Shown in pieces: positions 60,355 through 64,000 of a stretch of DNA of 64,000 bases. The stretch comes from an uncultured Phycisphaerales bacterium (GTDB lineage Bacteria; Planctomycetota; Phycisphaerae; Phycisphaerales; SM1A02), in the NCBI GenBank assembly GCA_938084645.1, contig CALKEP010000022.1, positions 32,001 through 96,000 of the forward strand, given 5' to 3'. Position 1 is the first letter of the stretch, and every line of letters starts with the position of its first letter. The notes under the pieces were generated by a model, which searched no databases, was not told where the DNA came from, and saw nothing but the letters and a program-made list of their open reading frames with translations. The position numbers and the translations under genes were made by a program.

Positions 60355-60754
60355 CCGAGTCCCAAAGTGTAGTGGAGTCCGCGTTGAAAGTTCGCGACTC
60401 GTCGTCGGATCCGGAAATCGTCCACAGCAGGCCTGCGGAGGCGAGGCTCCATGGAGGATGGTCGCTGGAGGCGGGTCGTTCGGTTCGAATCCTGATGCTG
60501 GTCCTTCGAGCGGCTCCACCCGGCCCGCCCGGCATCTTCGAGGGGCCAGCCGGCTGGCCTTGTTGAAGTGGTTATCAGACCTTGCGGGCGTTGATCATGC
60601 GTGTTGGGGAAGGATCAGGGGGGGGTGGAGGCCGAGTTTCCGGCGGCATGATCGGCATGAAGTGACAAATCCCGAGAGTCCGGCTGAATCGCCCCTCCGA
60701 GGCGGCCGATGGCTCTCTCGCGGCAGAACGAATCGCCGCGCGGAGACCACGACC

Positions 60755-62158
60755 ATGTCCACCAGTCCTTCCCATCGTCCTGCCTCGCCCGCCGTCCCCC
60801 GCGGTGTCGGCTCGCTCGTCATGTCCGCGATCGCCGCGATCGGCACGGCGGTCTTCGCCATGCAGCTCGGTGGTTGTGCCACCGAGACCGCGAACGGCAA
60901 CGGCGATCTCGCCGCGGTGAACGCCTCGGCATCCAACGTCGACTCGGAGTCGGGTGCCGCCTGGGCGTCCCCGACCTATCGGGACGGCTGGTACGAGGAC
61001 ACCACGGACACGGGCTGGAACACGCCTGTCACCCCCGCGACGCAGACCGTCGCGTTCGATTCGACCCCCGACGTCAACAGCGGCTGGGTCGAAGCGGATT
61101 CGTCGGGCGACTCGGGGGCGCAGGTCGCGTTCACCGCCACCAATCGACCGGTGGCCGACGCCACCGCCGTCCGGATGAGCATGTTCGCCGACTTCGGAGG
61201 CACCGCCCCGGAGGGCGACTGGAACGGCGGAGAGGGCAACCTCTTCCAGGTCAGTTTCGCGGCCGAGGGTGCTGACTTCGACCCCGACGTCTCGAGCGAC
61301 GGGGAGTGGATCATCTTCGCCTCGACCCAGCACCGCGAGGACGCGGACATCTATCGCAAGACCATCGACGGTCGCGTCGTCACCCAGCTGACTTCCGATC
61401 CCGCCCAGGACGTGATGCCCGAGATCGCGCCGGATGGCCGCAAGGTGGTCTTCACGAGCGATCGCAACGGCAACTGGGACGTCTTCGTGATGTCCGTGGA
61501 CGGTGGCCCCGCCACGCAGATCACCTTCGACGACGCCCATGAACTTCATCCCACGTGGTCCCCCGATGGCAGCCGGCTCTGCTACTGCCGGTTCAACGAC
61601 CGAACGGCGCGTTGGGAACTCTGGACCGTCTCCCTGGAGCGGCCCGGTGTCCGGACCTTCGTCTGCGAGGGCATGTTCCCGCGGTGGTCGCCCGACTCAT
61701 CGACCGACCGGATTCTCTTCCAGCGGGCCCGCCAGCGCGGCAGCCAGCTCTACGGAGTCTGGACCATCGATCTCACCGAAGCCGGTGGCGCGAATCCCAC
61801 GGAAGTCGTCGCCGCCGGCGACGCGGCGATCATGCATCCGACCTGGTCCCCGGACGGCACGCGGATCGCGTTCACGTCGGTCGAACGCCCCGAGGTGTCC
61901 GAGGACGGCATGCCCGTCGAGAGTGACATCTGGGTGATTCAGGCGGACGGCATGGGACGAACGGCCCTGACTTCAGGCGGCTTCCGCAACATGCGACCGA
62001 CCTGGGCAGCCGATGGGCGGGTCTACTTCACCAGCAACCGAGGCGGCCTCGACGTCATCTGGGCGGTCTCAGGGAATGCTCCGGGCGTCTTCGACGCTCC
62101 CGGTGCCATCGCCCCGCAGACGGTCGCGGGTGCCGGCGGGCACGATGACGACCACTGA
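60755..62158 (+). CDS. TolB-like PD40 beta-propeller lipoprotein
   Basis: Lipobox LGGC; repeated P-x-W-SPDG units; FTSDRNGNWDVF. Confidence 0.88.
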   Translation: MSTSPSHRPASPAVPRGVGSLVMSAIAAIGTAVFAMQLGGCATETANGNGDLAAVNASASNVDSESGAAWASPTYRDGWYEDTTDTGWNTPVTPATQTVAFDSTPDVNSGWVEADSSGDSGAQVAFTATNRPVADATAVRMSMFADFGGTAPEGDWNGGEGNLFQVSFAAEGADFDPDVSSDGEWIIFASTQHREDADIYRKTIDGRVVTQLTSDPAQDVMPEIAPDGRKVVFTSDRNGNWDVFVMSVDGGPATQITFDDAHELHPTWSPDGSRLCYCRFNDRTARWELWTVSLERPGVRTFVCEGMFPRWSPDSSTDRILFQRARQRGSQLYGVWTIDLTEAGGANPTEVVAAGDAAIMHPTWSPDGTRIAFTSVERPEVSEDGMPVESDIWVIQADGMGRTALTSGGFRNMRPTWAADGRVYFTSNRGGLDVIWAVSGNAPGVFDAPGAIAPQTVAGAGGHDDDH

Positions 62159-62392
62159 GCCGAAGCGGCTGCGGCCGCTCGACGATCGATGATTCCGCGG
62201 GGTCGGCCGACAAGGCCGGCCCCGCGGTCTCATTCAGGGGGGTGCGACGGGGTCAGGGGCGGGCCTCGCCTCTCCGAGTGGGACAGATCCTTCTTTTCTG
62301 CCGTTCCGCCGAGAGATCGGCCGATGAAACGGATCGTACGGATGGGAGACATCCGGACGTCGCCCCTCGCGAGGTCACTCAGGCAGGACGCC

Positions 62393-63214
62393 ATGACAAC
62401 CGTATTCGTCTCAGAAAAACGCCCATCACACGGGTGCGGTCGGTGGTTCGAGCGACTCGTGCGATGCGCCATTCGTCCGGTGCTCGTCGCCTCGATCGCC
62501 GGTCCGGTGATCAGCGGCCTTGCCGGCTGCGAGACGACCGAGCGAAAGCTGCAACCGTCCGAGCCGATCATCGCGCCCTATGCCGCGAATCTCGTGGTGG
62601 CCCCCTTCGGCAACGACTCCGGGGTGGTGATCCGCCCCGATCAGCAGGCGTCGGTCTCGGACAAGTTGGTCGTCGCGCTCAACGGCGTGCAGGGGTGGCA
62701 GGCGGTTCCCCTGAACCGCACCCTCGAAGCCATGCGACAGATCGGCCTCGCCGAGATTCGAACGCTCGACGAGGCACGATCGATCCTGCGGCTCATCGGG
62801 GGCGATGGGATCGTGGTGGGAACGATCACGGAATGGAACCCCTACGATCCACCGCGCTTCGGTGCGAACATCCTGCTCGTCGCGGACGAGGACGAGGTCC
62901 AGGAGGCGTTCGAATCCCGGCGTCTCACCGGTCGCACCGGAGACCGCGGCACGGATTCCGATGCCCCCGTGCGCACGCTGACCGACGTGGTCGCCGTCTT
63001 CGACGCCACGAACCACACGGTGCGGGGTCAGGTCCGCGAGTACGCGAAGAGCAACGACGACGTCACGGATGGATTCGATCCCCCCGAGCGCTACTACCTG
63101 ATGGTCTACGACCACTGGCTTGATTTCGCGGCGTCGGAACTGGTGTCGAGCCTCGTCGATCGAGAGCGAGCCCGGGTGAACAACGTCCGGGCCGCCGCCG
63201 CCTCCAGCGACTGA
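62393..63214 (+). CDS. Hypothetical lipoprotein (alpha/beta fold, CsgG/TolB-N-like pattern)
   Basis: Lipobox LAGC; VVAPFGNDSG, GGDGIVVGTITEW; start approximate. Confidence 0.75.
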   Translation: MTTVFVSEKRPSHGCGRWFERLVRCAIRPVLVASIAGPVISGLAGCETTERKLQPSEPIIAPYAANLVVAPFGNDSGVVIRPDQQASVSDKLVVALNGVQGWQAVPLNRTLEAMRQIGLAEIRTLDEARSILRLIGGDGIVVGTITEWNPYDPPRFGANILLVADEDEVQEAFESRRLTGRTGDRGTDSDAPVRTLTDVVAVFDATNHTVRGQVREYAKSNDDVTDGFDPPERYYLMVYDHWLDFAASELVSSLVDRERARVNNVRAAAASSD

Positions 63215-63528
63215 CGGCGGGGATCCGTTCGGTGAGATTCCAAGCTCGGTACACGCTCGTCTTCAGCGAGCGGATGTCGAATCGTCCACTCGGGACATCG
63301 AAGATTCATGCGGTGGAGCCCCCTTTTTCGTGCCCTGCGGGGGGTCGGTGAGAGACGAAGACGGATTTTTTCAGAAGTCCGGTAAGGGGACTGAACCCGG
63401 CCCCCTTCCGCGTCGATATCGGAACGGCGAGTCTCGTTATTCGGGCGACGGAATGCCCGGCGAACGAGCGATTCAGAAGCGGTAGCGGACGACCCCTCCA
63501 GGCGTCCCCAGACAAAGGTTCGTACGCG

Positions 63529-64000
63529 ATGACCACTCCACTCCCTCTCGTCCAGCAGTTCCTCGACTACCTCGTGGACGAACGGCATTTCAGTCCCTAC
63601 ACCGCTCGTTGCTACGGCCTCGACCTTCGTCAGTACGGCGAGTTTCTGGCCGAGGAGTACGACGCGAACGCCACTCCCGACGCGGAAGCGGCCGCCCTCG
63701 CGGCCCGCACCGCGTCGATCACCGCGGACGTCGATGAGCACACCGTCTCCGGACTGATGCTCGTGGCGGACGTGGATCGCATCCGGGGTTTCCTCGGCTG
63801 GATGGCCGATCGCGACTATTCCGCGGCGACCACCGCCCGAAAGATCGCCACGCTTCGATCGTTCCACAAGTGGATGGAGAAGCGAAGCCTCATCGAGGCG
63901 AACCCGATGCTCGCGGTCCGGACCCCGAAGCAGGCCAAGCGGCTTCCCAAGGCGGTCTCCGTGGAGCAGATCGAACAACTTCTCGCCGCGCCGGACGACA
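63529..64000 (+). CDS. xerC: Tyrosine recombinase XerC, N-terminal part (runs off the window; absent from the ORF track)
   Basis: MTTPLPLVQQFLDYLVDERHFSPYTARCYGLDLRQY...TTARKIATLRSFHKW...NPM..VRTPKQAKRLPK. Confidence 0.85.
   Translation, partial: MTTPLPLVQQFLDYLVDERHFSPYTARCYGLDLRQYGEFLAEEYDANATPDAEAAALAARTASITADVDEHTVSGLMLVADVDRIRGFLGWMADRDYSAATTARKIATLRSFHKWMEKRSLIEANPMLAVRTPKQAKRLPKAVSVEQIEQLLAAPDD

Noticed and set aside
60482..60492. GGTTCGAATCC T-loop-like motif suggesting a second tRNA
   Set aside because: No proper T-stem, D-arm or acceptor stem can be formed.
60618..60625. G8 homopolymer upstream of the TolB-like gene as a phase-variation tract
   Set aside because: Short, and not demonstrably within a promoter spacer or CDS.
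60282..64000. tRNA-Lys plus tyrosine recombinase as an integrative element
   Set aside because: The recombinase looks like housekeeping XerC, lies on the tRNA 5' side 3 kb away, and no duplicated tRNA 3' end or compositional shift was seen.

Overview
High-GC bacterial chromosomal window, most likely a planctomycete of class Phycisphaerae. This is inferred from the DLNxDGxVDGxDLG/AWG dockerin-like repeats, the CxxCGY..CPECG membrane proteins, a sulfatase, dapL and an animal-like transketolase. Most of the window is housekeeping: asd, xerD, flgF-flgG-flgA-flgH, trpS, trpC, zwf-pgl, ruvX/manC/ruvA, carB, orphan nuoH, radA, purL-purQ, nfo, queF, tkt, rlmE, dapL, M42 and tricorn peptidases, a SNF2+SWIM pair, tRNA-Lys and a partial xerC. 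I found no CRISPR array, IS or prophage. The most unusual structure is a tandem trio of outer-membrane porin paralogues, each with its own terminator. Each of the three 3' UTRs carries an 11-12 nt element complementary to a single site in the long structured leader of the first porin, and the divergent copy differs only by G-U-compatible changes, which suggests RNA-level end pairing or cross-regulation. Three sigma-54-type promoters link the flagellar rod genes, an unannotated small ORF and a signal-less dockerin/EF-hand repeat protein. All calls come from reading the sequence; no database searches were run.
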